In this document: in pieces, positions 20,034 through 28,588 of the stretch
Layout: each line of letters opens with the position of its first letter
How positions within the stretch are numbered: position 1 is the first letter of the stretch
Assembly: GCA_963674965.2 (NCBI GenBank)
Contig: CAXXFL010000007.1
Span: 736,001 to 800,000, forward strand
Reading direction: 5' to 3'
DNA from: a bacterium
GTDB lineage: Bacteria; RBG-13-61-14; DATKZS01
Length of the DNA: 64,000 nucleotides
Notes under the pieces: generated by a model
What the model saw: the letters and a program-made list of their open reading frames with translations, nothing else
Told to the model about the DNA's origin: nothing
Databases searched by the model: none
Position numbers and translations under genes: made by a program

Positions 20034-22694
20034 ATGGCTAAGCCCGGACGTCCCGCCGAGGAACGCGACCTCTCGGCCTGGTTCATGGTCTCCAGCCTGG
20101 CCTTGGTCGTGGTCCTGGCCCTGGTGGTTTACGACGAGACCGTCACGCGGCGGCCCTGGAAAAAGTACCAGCGCGATTTCAACGCCCTCGAGATATCACT
20201 TATCGACGCGGCCCTGGCCGAGGAAAAGGAGCGCCTTCAATCCGAGTCGGTCAAGTCCCGGCTTGACAAGATAGACGCCGACCTGGCGGAGGCCAGGTCC
20301 CATCTGTCGGGCGAGGAGTACGGCCAGGCGAAAAGAGATTTCCATCACGAGTCCCTGTTGGCCGACAAGGTCCAGCAGAGCCTCATCTTCATGCGGTCCG
20401 AGCGCGACGAGGCCTTCTACCAGTGGAAAAAATCCTTCCGGGAGGGCCGCGAGTCCCCCGAGGCGAAAAAACGCTACCAATCCCTCGACGAGGAGGTAAT
20501 GATAGACGAGGAAAAGCTGGCGGCCCAGAAGGAAAAGCGGGATGAAGCCGAGGCCCGGCTGGCGAAGTTCACCGACGCCGTGTACAAGCTCGAGTCGGAA
20601 AGGGCCAAGATAACTGCCCACCGCGACGGCCTTGTCCGGAGAAGGGCCGCCGTGCTCGACCGGCGCGTCGAGATCAGGCAGCTCGTGATCCCGGACCTGG
20701 GCGTGGTCGACCGTTGCCCGACCTGCCACGCCGCCATCAACCGCAAGGGCTTTGACGCGCCCGAGATCAAGAACCCCTTTCGCTCCCATCCCGAGCTCGC
20801 CGACATCCTGGGCAAGAACCACCCGCCGGAAAGGTTCGGGTGCGTGGTCTGCCACCAGGGGCAGGGGCCCCAGACCAAGGGCGTCGGACGCCGTCCTTTC
20901 AACCACGGCCGGAACGACCCTTATTGGGTCCGGCCCATGCTCGAGCGGCCCTACGCCGAGACCTCCTGCGTCAAGTGCCATCGGAACGAATGGGAAATAA
21001 AGTGCGCTCCCACCTTGACGCGGGGCAAGAGACTGTTCGCCAACCTGGCCTGTTACGGCTGCCATCTGACCTCGGGCTTTCCCAAGACCAAGCGGATAGG
21101 ACCCAGCCTGAACGGGGTCATGGACAAGGCGTCTCCCGGCTGGATCGCCGCCTGGCTTGGCGATCCCCGCGGGATTCGGCCCAGGACCAGGATGCCCAAC
21201 TCCTGGCCTCCGCTGGAAGGCGGCGCCGACCCGGCGGCCGGGGCCGCGCGAGACGACGAGATCAAGGCGGTTACCGCCTTCATCCTTACCCTGCCCGGAA
21301 GCGAAAAGATAAAGGAGGCCTCGCCCGCGGCCGACGCCGAGACGGGAAAGAGGTCCTTCATTGAAAAGGGCTGCGCCGGATGTCACCGGCTCGAGGCCGT
21401 GGACCTTCCACCCGTCGATGACCCGGACATGTACGAGGACTACGGGCCCGAGTTGACAAAATTCGGAAGCAAGGGTTACGCGGCCTGGATCGAGGCCTAC
21501 CTCGTGAACCCAAGGGCTTTTTACCCCGAGACCCGCATGCCGACGGTAACCCTCACCGGCGAGGAGAGGGCGGACCTCGCGTCCCTGGTGGCCTCGGACG
21601 GGGCGGACGATCCCTACCCCGCGCCGGACGGCCTGGACGAGGGCGGCCTGCTCGAAAAGGGCGAGCGCCTGGTCGGGATTTTCGGGTGCTTCGGTTGTCA
21701 CGAGATGAAAGGCTTCGAGAACTCGCCCCGCGTGGCGCCCGAGCTTAACGGCTTCGGGGACAAGGGACCCGAGATGCTCTCGTTCGGCGACACCATCCTC
21801 GACCACCAAAAGCAGACCTGGCTTAACTGGACCCGCCTGAAGATCGCCTCGCCCCGGGCCTTCGCCAACGAGCGGGAGGTCCTGGTCATGCCCGACCCGG
21901 AGTTGGAAAAGGAGGACGTCGAGGCGGCCGCGGTATATCTTATGAGCTTTCGGAACGACCCCGTGCCCGCGGCCTATCCCAGGAGGCTGGATAAAATCCA
22001 GCGGGGAAAGGAGACGGGCGAGCGGCTCATCCGGGAGTACAACTGCCTGGGCTGCCATCTCCAGGACGGCAAGGGCGGCCACGTGAGACGGGTCATCGGC
22101 GACCCGGGCCTTCGTCCACCCGAGTTGACGGGGGAGGGGGCCAAGGTCCAGCCCGAGTGGCTCTTCCAGTTCCTGAAAAAACCCGACGTCCTCCGGCCCT
22201 GGATGACCATGCGCATGCCCGACTTCTCTTTAACCGACGACGAGGCCCTGGCCTTTACCCAGTACTTCACCGCCCTGGCCGGCAAGGACGACGTGTTCGT
22301 GCAGGTGCCCAAGCAAATGACGCCGGAGATGACGGCGGGAACGGCCCGGGCCTTCGCGACCCTCAAGTGCCTGCAATGCCACCAGCTCACGGCGGGTCCG
22401 GACGTGAAGCTCTCGGACCTGGCGCCGGACATGGCCCTTACCCGGGACCGGCTGAGGCCGTCCTGGATAAAGGACTTTATCGCCGATCCTCAATACCTCA
22501 TGCCCGAGACCAAGATGCCCACCTTCTTTCCCCTCGAGGACGACGACGATCCCGACAGCTTGATGACGCCCCTTGCCGACTGGCTGGGGGGCGACGCCTG
22601 GGCCCAGGTCGAGGCCATAAAGGATTACCTTTACCTTTTGAAGTCGAGTGAAACGGTCGCGGTAATGGACCGACAAACGGCGGGTCCCGATTGA
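20034..22694 (+). CDS. Membrane-anchored octaheme cytochrome c of the Rieske/b complex
   Basis: N-terminal TM and coiled coil; eight CxxCH motifs (CPTCH, CVVCH, CVKCH, CYGCH, CAGCH, CFGCH, CLGCH, CLQCH). Confidence 0.9.
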   Translation: MAKPGRPAEERDLSAWFMVSSLALVVVLALVVYDETVTRRPWKKYQRDFNALEISLIDAALAEEKERLQSESVKSRLDKIDADLAEARSHLSGEEYGQAKRDFHHESLLADKVQQSLIFMRSERDEAFYQWKKSFREGRESPEAKKRYQSLDEEVMIDEEKLAAQKEKRDEAEARLAKFTDAVYKLESERAKITAHRDGLVRRRAAVLDRRVEIRQLVIPDLGVVDRCPTCHAAINRKGFDAPEIKNPFRSHPELADILGKNHPPERFGCVVCHQGQGPQTKGVGRRPFNHGRNDPYWVRPMLERPYAETSCVKCHRNEWEIKCAPTLTRGKRLFANLACYGCHLTSGFPKTKRIGPSLNGVMDKASPGWIAAWLGDPRGIRPRTRMPNSWPPLEGGADPAAGAARDDEIKAVTAFILTLPGSEKIKEASPAADAETGKRSFIEKGCAGCHRLEAVDLPPVDDPDMYEDYGPELTKFGSKGYAAWIEAYLVNPRAFYPETRMPTVTLTGEERADLASLVASDGADDPYPAPDGLDEGGLLEKGERLVGIFGCFGCHEMKGFENSPRVAPELNGFGDKGPEMLSFGDTILDHQKQTWLNWTRLKIASPRAFANEREVLVMPDPELEKEDVEAAAVYLMSFRNDPVPAAYPRRLDKIQRGKETGERLIREYNCLGCHLQDGKGGHVRRVIGDPGLRPPELTGEGAKVQPEWLFQFLKKPDVLRPWMTMRMPDFSLTDDEALAFTQYFTALAGKDDVFVQVPKQMTPEMTAGTARAFATLKCLQCHQLTAGPDVKLSDLAPDMALTRDRLRPSWIKDFIADPQYLMPETKMPTFFPLEDDDDPDSLMTPLADWLGGDAWAQVEAIKDYLYLLKSSETVAVMDRQTAGPD

Positions 22695-22713
22695 CCCGTC
22701 CGGCGGGGGTAAC

Positions 22714-24003
22714 ATGGGCATAAGGAAGAGGACGGCTTTGGCGGCCTTGTTTTTCGCGGGGGTCCTGGCGATGGGGGCGGGCCTGAACCCCGAGGAGGAG
22801 TTCAGGCTGATCCTGAACTGGGAGAAGCCGGAGCCCTATCCGCCTCCCATGATAGAGGGCATGGACCATGACACCCTTGACGTCCTGCTTAACGCCGGCA
22901 ACCTGCAATGGTACGAGCCGCGTCCCGAAAAGGACAAGTGGGAGGCGGTGGTGGGCCTGAAAATCCACGCGCCCCCCGAGAAGGTATGGGAGGTCATCAC
23001 CGATTACCCGGCCCTGTGCGATATCATGCCCCTTACCTATTTGTCCTGCGAGACCGAGTACCGTAAGGGCAACGAGGTCAAGAATAACCAGAAGGGCCAG
23101 ACCACGGTGCTCAAGTTCGCCTACAAGTACGACATCATCGATATCGTCACCGAGGACCCGCCCTATCATCTCCACGTGCTGACCATTGACGGGCTGGACA
23201 ACCGCGAGCTCGACATGATCCTGCTTCCGGCGGACGACGGCAAGAGCACGCTCTTCTTTATGAGGTACTACCTGAACATGGCCGCTCTGGGCGTGAGCAT
23301 GCAGGCCGTGCTCAAGGTCCTGCCCATGGTCGAGCCGCCCACCGCGGTGGGGGCCGCCAACTACCACTCCCGCGCCTATAAGAACGAGGCGGAGAAAAGG
23401 GTCGGCTACAAGCCGCCGCCCCAGCCGGAGGAGTTGAAGATTGACAAGCTCGACCTCAAAACCCTCCGCCGCATAGACGAGATGGGGGGAGGACTGATAA
23501 GGGAGACGCCGGAGGGCAAGATCATCGACGCCCTTACCTACAAGTTCATCGACGCGCCGCCCGATATCGTTTACCAGGTCATGACCGACTTCGACCACTA
23601 CGAGGAAATCTTTCCCGGCTCGAAGTGCACGGTCGAGGAAAGGACCGAGGATAGCGTCCTGCTTTATCAAACCACCTCATCCTTCTCGATCCTCATCTTC
23701 TCCTTCGGGTACGACCTCCACTCCAGGTACGACTTGAAGCCGCCTTACGAGATGACCTACAGGGCCATTGACGGGAAATACGAGGGAAGCCACGGACGCT
23801 TCCGCATCCTGCCCCTCGAGGGAGGAAAGAAGAGCCTCCTGTTCCATAACGCGGGGGTCAGTCTCGAAAAAGACACCAGCCTTACCGCCAGGATCATGAA
23901 GTCCGGCGCCTTCCCCGCCGAGAACATGCTCAACATGATGGGCGCCCAGGCCGCGCTGGTCAGGATCAGGCTCGAGGCGGAAAAAAGAAGCAAGGGGGAA
24001 TAG
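22714..24003 (+). CDS. Exported protein with two SRPBCC/START (polyketide cyclase/Coq10-like) domains
   Basis: Signal peptide; two repeats IHAPPEKVWEVITDY and IDAPPDIVYQVMTDF. Confidence 0.8.
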   Translation: MGIRKRTALAALFFAGVLAMGAGLNPEEEFRLILNWEKPEPYPPPMIEGMDHDTLDVLLNAGNLQWYEPRPEKDKWEAVVGLKIHAPPEKVWEVITDYPALCDIMPLTYLSCETEYRKGNEVKNNQKGQTTVLKFAYKYDIIDIVTEDPPYHLHVLTIDGLDNRELDMILLPADDGKSTLFFMRYYLNMAALGVSMQAVLKVLPMVEPPTAVGAANYHSRAYKNEAEKRVGYKPPPQPEELKIDKLDLKTLRRIDEMGGGLIRETPEGKIIDALTYKFIDAPPDIVYQVMTDFDHYEEIFPGSKCTVEERTEDSVLLYQTTSSFSILIFSFGYDLHSRYDLKPPYEMTYRAIDGKYEGSHGRFRILPLEGGKKSLLFHNAGVSLEKDTSLTARIMKSGAFPAENMLNMMGAQAALVRIRLEAEKRSKGE

Positions 24004-24102
24004 CAGAAAACGGACTGGAAGACCAACCGCCGGGATGTGTGCTACAATTGCCCGAAAAATCGCGGCGGACCATCGGCCCCGCCGCGCCTCGGGAGGAAAC
24101 GC

Positions 24103-25002
24103 ATGAATCGAGTCTTACCGGCTATCCTGACCCTCGCCTTTTGTCTGGCCGCCCTCGCCCAGGACGGACCCGGCCGGGCCGGCCTCCGCTACAACCAGGT
24201 CCGCCAGAAGGCGTCCCACAACTCCTACGCCAAAAAGGACGGGGTCTATAAGCAGCTTATGGACTGGAACATCCGCGTTATCGAGTTCGACGCCCACGCG
24301 TCCTCGCCGGGTCTCCTCAAAAGAGACCCCGCCCCGGAGGGCGACTTCCGCGTGTACCACCGGACCGGTGACTCCTTTTCAAACTGCAATCTCCTCTCCG
24401 AGTGCTTCGGCGAGGTGAAAAGGTTCCATGAGGCCAAACCCGACCACCAGGTGGTCACGGTTTTTTTCGACGTCGAGGACCTGGGCGCTCCGGGCCATGG
24501 TAAGGACGACTTCCAGGGGCTGATCGAGCGGTCCTTTCCGGCGGGTTCCGTCCTGAGGCCATCGGACCTCCTCGAGGCCTGTCCGGCCGCCAAGGACCTC
24601 CAGGAGTCGGTCACCGCCGGGGAGTGCCGCTGGCCCCTCCTCGAGGACCTGCGGGGCAAGTTCATCTTCGTGATCAGCGACGGCAGGGAGGAGTTCAGGG
24701 AAACCGGATACGACGCGGCCACGGACCTGGTCTTCCTGGTCAACAAGGGCGGGGCCAGGGGAAGGAAGGCCGAGGAAAAAGACGCGGTCTTCTTCAACAT
24801 GTCCGGTCCCGACCCCTACGCGCTCGAGGTCTTCGAGGCCGGCTTCGTGAGCCGCTGCTACTGGCTCGATAAGGAGAAAAATTACGAGAAGGCCCGCCAT
24901 AACCGCGCCCATATCCTGGCCATGGACAAGCTCGATCCCCAGGCTTACCCTTATACCAACACCACCCAGCCCGACGGGTTCCCTTTCGAGACGATCGAGT
25001 GA
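24103..25002 (+). CDS. Secreted PI-PLC-like phosphodiesterase
   Basis: Signal peptide; LRYNQV..KASHNSY, QL...IRVIEFDAH, WP.LEDLRGKFIFV. Confidence 0.8.
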   Translation: MNRVLPAILTLAFCLAALAQDGPGRAGLRYNQVRQKASHNSYAKKDGVYKQLMDWNIRVIEFDAHASSPGLLKRDPAPEGDFRVYHRTGDSFSNCNLLSECFGEVKRFHEAKPDHQVVTVFFDVEDLGAPGHGKDDFQGLIERSFPAGSVLRPSDLLEACPAAKDLQESVTAGECRWPLLEDLRGKFIFVISDGREEFRETGYDAATDLVFLVNKGGARGRKAEEKDAVFFNMSGPDPYALEVFEAGFVSRCYWLDKEKNYEKARHNRAHILAMDKLDPQAYPYTNTTQPDGFPFETIE

Positions 25003-25223
25003 AAAAAACAAAAATTTCGTGAAATATGCTTAAGTAATCAAATAATATGGGCTTCGCTCGAGAGGGGAGACGTGGTTATTTAAGCCGCCCCGCGCGGCTT
25101 CTTTCGCGCCCGCTTTTATTAGAAAATTTTAATTAAAAACGCGCCAAAATGGGCCTGAATCGTGCCTATAGCCTCAACCTCCGTCAAGCGGCACGATTTT
25201 TGTCAAGACCGGCCGGCGGGCCT

Positions 25224-25435
25224 GATTCCTCATTTTTTCATACAGCCTAATATTATTATAACATAATATGTTAAAAGATTTATATAAAGCGATTAATGAA
25301 TTTTTTCATGCTTTTTTTACCGACCTGTAAATTGTGCCTCCAGGATTTTGTCCACAAGGGCTCCACAGCTTATCAACCTGTGGATAAAGACTGTAACTAA
25401 CTGAAATTATATGCTATAATGCTGTGTATGAAAAT
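25224..25435. promoter_or_regulatory. DnaA-box cluster with AT-rich unwinding-like element (candidate oriC)
   Basis: Perfect box TGTGGATAA (25379-87); near-matches TTGTCCACA (25348-56), GGCTCCACA (25359-67), TTATCAACC (25370-78), TGTGTATGA (25423-31). TTTCATACA-GCC-TAATATTATTAT (25236-59) is followed by an AT-rich tract. Confidence 0.65.
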
Positions 25436-25450
25436 TATCTAATTTTTTCC

Positions 25451-25478
25451 TTGACAACACAACATATAGTGGTAACAT
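25451..25478 (+). promoter_or_regulatory. Sigma70 promoter of nrdJ with an NrdR box in the spacer
   Basis: TTGACA (25451-56), 16-bp ACACAACATATAGTGG matching the NrdR consensus acaCwAtATaTwGtg, then extended -10 TGgTAACAT. Confidence 0.8.
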
Positions 25479-25612
25479 ATGCCCGTATACAAGAACACGC
25501 CGCCGACGCAATTTTGTCGGCATAATTCCAACAGACTAAAAACTAAATCGAAAAGTGGGGCTAAAAACCTCATCGGGCGAAGTGTTGTCAAAATTCGAAA
25601 GGGCGGAAAAAC

Positions 25613-28228
25613 ATGAAAGCGGAAAATGAAAAGCGGAAAGACAAGGACGAGAAAAGCGGTAAGCAGAGCACTAAAGGCAACGGTTCGGCCCAGGCGGGCA
25701 AAGCGGCGATACTCTTCGACGACAACCGGGTGGTGGAGGCGCTCATCCGCGAGCGCGAGTTGTCCATGGACCAGGCCCAGAAGGTGGTCAAGGGCGTAAA
25801 GGAAGAAATCAAGATTCAAAACATTCCCGAGTTGCCCGACAAAGTACTAAAGGATATGATCGACCTCAAGGTCGCCGAGATTCGGCATCGCTACGGCATC
25901 CAGAAAGAGGACCAAAGCTCGATGACGGAGGGAAAATTTTTCGAGGACCAGGACCCCATCGTGAGCGAGAACGCTGTCAAGGTCCTCGAGCGACGCTACC
26001 TTAAAAAGGACCACAACGGCAAACCCATCGAGAAACCCAAACACATGTTCCGCCGCGTGGCCCGGGTCATCGCCGAGATCGACCGGCTTTACGACCCAAC
26101 CGCCGACGTCAAGGCCCTGGCCGACGAGTTCTACGCCATGATGACCCGCTTCGAGTTCATGCCCAACTCACCCACTTTAATGAACGCCGGCCGCGAGCTG
26201 GGACAGCTCTCCGCCTGCTTCGTCATTCCAGTGGACGACTCACTCGACTCGATCTTCGAGGCCGTCAAGCACACGGCCATGATCCATAAGTCCGGCGGAG
26301 GCACCGGCTTTTCCTTCTCCCGCCTCCGCCCCCGAAACGACGTGGTCAACACCACTCGCGGCGTGGCCTCGGGGCCCATCAGCTTCATGCGCGTGTTCGA
26401 CTCGGCCACCGAGGAAATCAAGCAGGGCGGCACCCGCCGGGGCGCCAACATGGGCATCCTCAACGTGGACCATCCCGATATCATGGAGTTCATCACCTGC
26501 AAGGAAGACACGAAAAAGCTCACCAACTTCAACATCTCCATCGGGCTCAACGAGGAGTTCATGCGGGCGGCGGAGGACGACAGGGAATACCCGATCCGCA
26601 ACCCCCGCACACGCGAGATTGTGGGCTCGATCCGGGCCAGGGACGTGTGGGACAAGATAGTGGACTCGGCCTGGCACACGGGAGAGCCCGGCATCATCTT
26701 CATGGACCGGCTCAACGCCGACAACCCCACCCCCGCCCAGGGACCCATCGAGTCGACCAACCCCTGCGGCGAGCAGCCCCTTTTACCCTACGAGTCCTGC
26801 AACCTGGGCTCCATCAACCTGGCCAAGATGGTGGCCGGCGGAGAGGTGGACTACCCGAAGCTATCGGCCGTGGTCCATTCCTCGGTCCACTTCCTGGATA
26901 ATGTCATCGACGCCAACAACTACCCCCTCCCCCAGATCGAGGCCCAGACCAAGAAAAACCGCAAGATCGGACTGGGCATCATGGGATGGGCCGACATGCT
27001 CGTCCAGCTCGGCGTGCCCTACGACTCGGCCGACGCCATCGACCTGGCCGAGGAGGTCATGGAGTTCATCCGCGAGGAAGGAAGGAAAGCCAGCGCGGCC
27101 CTCGCCGACGAGCGCGGGCCTTTCCCCGCCTTCGAGGAAAGCATATACAACAAGCCCGGCAAGCCACCGCTTCGAAACGCCACCATTACCACCATCGCGC
27201 CCACCGGCACCATATCCATCATCTGCGGAGCCAGCTCCGGCGTCGAGCCTTATTTCGCCGTCAGCTACGTGCGCACCTGCATGGATAATGACGAGTTGGC
27301 CGAGGTCAACCCCTTCTTCGAGAAGATGGCTCGCGACGGCGGCTTCTACTCCGAGGACCTCATGAAGCGCATAGCCAAAAAGGGGTCCATCCAGGAATTC
27401 GAGGAAATACCCGACCAGGTTAAAAGAATTTTCATCACCTCCATGGACACCAAACCCGAGTGGCACGCCCGCATGCAGGCCGCCTTCCAGAAAAGCACCG
27501 ACAACGCCGTGTCCAAAACGGTCAACTTCCCCCGCGAGGCCACCAGGGAGGACATCGCCCAGGTCTATCAACTGGCCTATAAGCTCGGATGCAAGGGCGT
27601 GACCGTCTATCGCGACGGCTCCCGCGACGGCCAGGTCCTCGAGTTCAACAAGGAGAAGGAGGCCGCGCCCCAGCCCGAGGGAAGGGGAAGCCTCGAGCCC
27701 CGGCCCAGGAACGACATGATCACGGGCGTCACCCGCAAGATACCCACCGGCTGCGGCTCCCTTTACGTGACCATCAACGAGGACGAGCAGGGCCTGTTCG
27801 AGGTCTTCACCAACATGGGCAAGGCCGGAGGGTGCGCCTCCAGCCAGGCCGAGGCCGTCTCGAGGCTCATCTCGCTGGCCCTGCGCGCCGGCATCAAGAC
27901 CGAGGAGATAGTTAGACAGTTAAAAGGGATATCCTGCCCCATGCAGATTTGGTGGGAAGGCGGCCAGAAAATACTCTCCTGCGCCGACGCCATCGCCAAG
28001 TCCATCGAACTGTACCCATCATACGAGAAAAACGGCTCGAGCAAGGTGACCGTCGGCCCCCCCGCCGGCAAGGCCGCCGTCTCGGCCAAGGCCTCCAAAG
28101 CCGCCGAGCCCGAGGTGTCCTACGACGTCAAAATGACCGTGGCCATGTGCCCCGACTGCGGAGGACCCATCGAGAACAAGGAAGGTTGCATGACCTGCCA
28201 GCTCTGCGGCTTCACGAGGTGCTTGTAA
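25613..28228 (+). CDS. nrdJ: Class II (B12-dependent) ribonucleotide reductase with ATP-cone-like N-terminus, TSCPD domain and Zn ribbon
   Basis: VLERRYL, PNSPTLMNAG, QLSACFV, TNPCGEQPLLPYESCNLGS, TIAPTGT, KGVTVYRDGSR, TGCGSLYVTIN, CPDCG...EGCMTCQLCGFTRC. Confidence 0.96.
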   Translation: MKAENEKRKDKDEKSGKQSTKGNGSAQAGKAAILFDDNRVVEALIRERELSMDQAQKVVKGVKEEIKIQNIPELPDKVLKDMIDLKVAEIRHRYGIQKEDQSSMTEGKFFEDQDPIVSENAVKVLERRYLKKDHNGKPIEKPKHMFRRVARVIAEIDRLYDPTADVKALADEFYAMMTRFEFMPNSPTLMNAGRELGQLSACFVIPVDDSLDSIFEAVKHTAMIHKSGGGTGFSFSRLRPRNDVVNTTRGVASGPISFMRVFDSATEEIKQGGTRRGANMGILNVDHPDIMEFITCKEDTKKLTNFNISIGLNEEFMRAAEDDREYPIRNPRTREIVGSIRARDVWDKIVDSAWHTGEPGIIFMDRLNADNPTPAQGPIESTNPCGEQPLLPYESCNLGSINLAKMVAGGEVDYPKLSAVVHSSVHFLDNVIDANNYPLPQIEAQTKKNRKIGLGIMGWADMLVQLGVPYDSADAIDLAEEVMEFIREEGRKASAALADERGPFPAFEESIYNKPGKPPLRNATITTIAPTGTISIICGASSGVEPYFAVSYVRTCMDNDELAEVNPFFEKMARDGGFYSEDLMKRIAKKGSIQEFEEIPDQVKRIFITSMDTKPEWHARMQAAFQKSTDNAVSKTVNFPREATREDIAQVYQLAYKLGCKGVTVYRDGSRDGQVLEFNKEKEAAPQPEGRGSLEPRPRNDMITGVTRKIPTGCGSLYVTINEDEQGLFEVFTNMGKAGGCASSQAEAVSRLISLALRAGIKTEEIVRQLKGISCPMQIWWEGGQKILSCADAIAKSIELYPSYEKNGSSKVTVGPPAGKAAVSAKASKAAEPEVSYDVKMTVAMCPDCGGPIENKEGCMTCQLCGFTRCL

Positions 28229-28253
28229 TAAAGATCAAAAAATAGAATACCCG

Positions 28254-28299
28254 CGACGCCGGGGCTGAGAGTGTTGAATGGACGCCTCAGCCGGCGTCG
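28254..28299 (+). terminator. GC-rich hairpin downstream of nrdJ (possible terminator)
   Basis: CGACGCC(GG)GGCTGAG...CTCAGCCGGCGTCG stem; only a weak U-tract follows. Confidence 0.4.
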
Positions 28300-28452
28300 T
28301 ATTGTTGATAAATGCATTACAGCGAGGTATAATAGATGATAATGAATAATCTATTATATTTGAGGTTGCCCAGTGATAGATATGGCGGAAATGGAGGGGG
28401 CATGCAATTTCCGTTATGTCCGTTGACGTCTGAGGCGACCACGTGTCCCCAT

Positions 28453-28480
28453 GGGGCGGCCCATCAATGGTGTCCTCAAT
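28453..28480 (+). repeat. 28-bp imperfect direct repeat, left copy
   Basis: GGGGCGGCCCATCAATGGTGTCCTCAAT; 25/28 identical to 32118-32145. Confidence 0.75.
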
Positions 28481-28588
28481 ATTACGTGGGCCACCTGCGT
28501 TATATGATTAGAGGTTTCTAATACGTATTGATTTGTAATTAATATGGTGGTATAATTAATCATCTATCAATATAATGCGTGGAGTATA

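Noticed and set aside
25189-25204. Sigma54 promoter-like CGGCACGATTTTTGT (also TGGCAC near 35565 and 53760)
   Set aside because: The -12 TTGC element is absent or mis-spaced.
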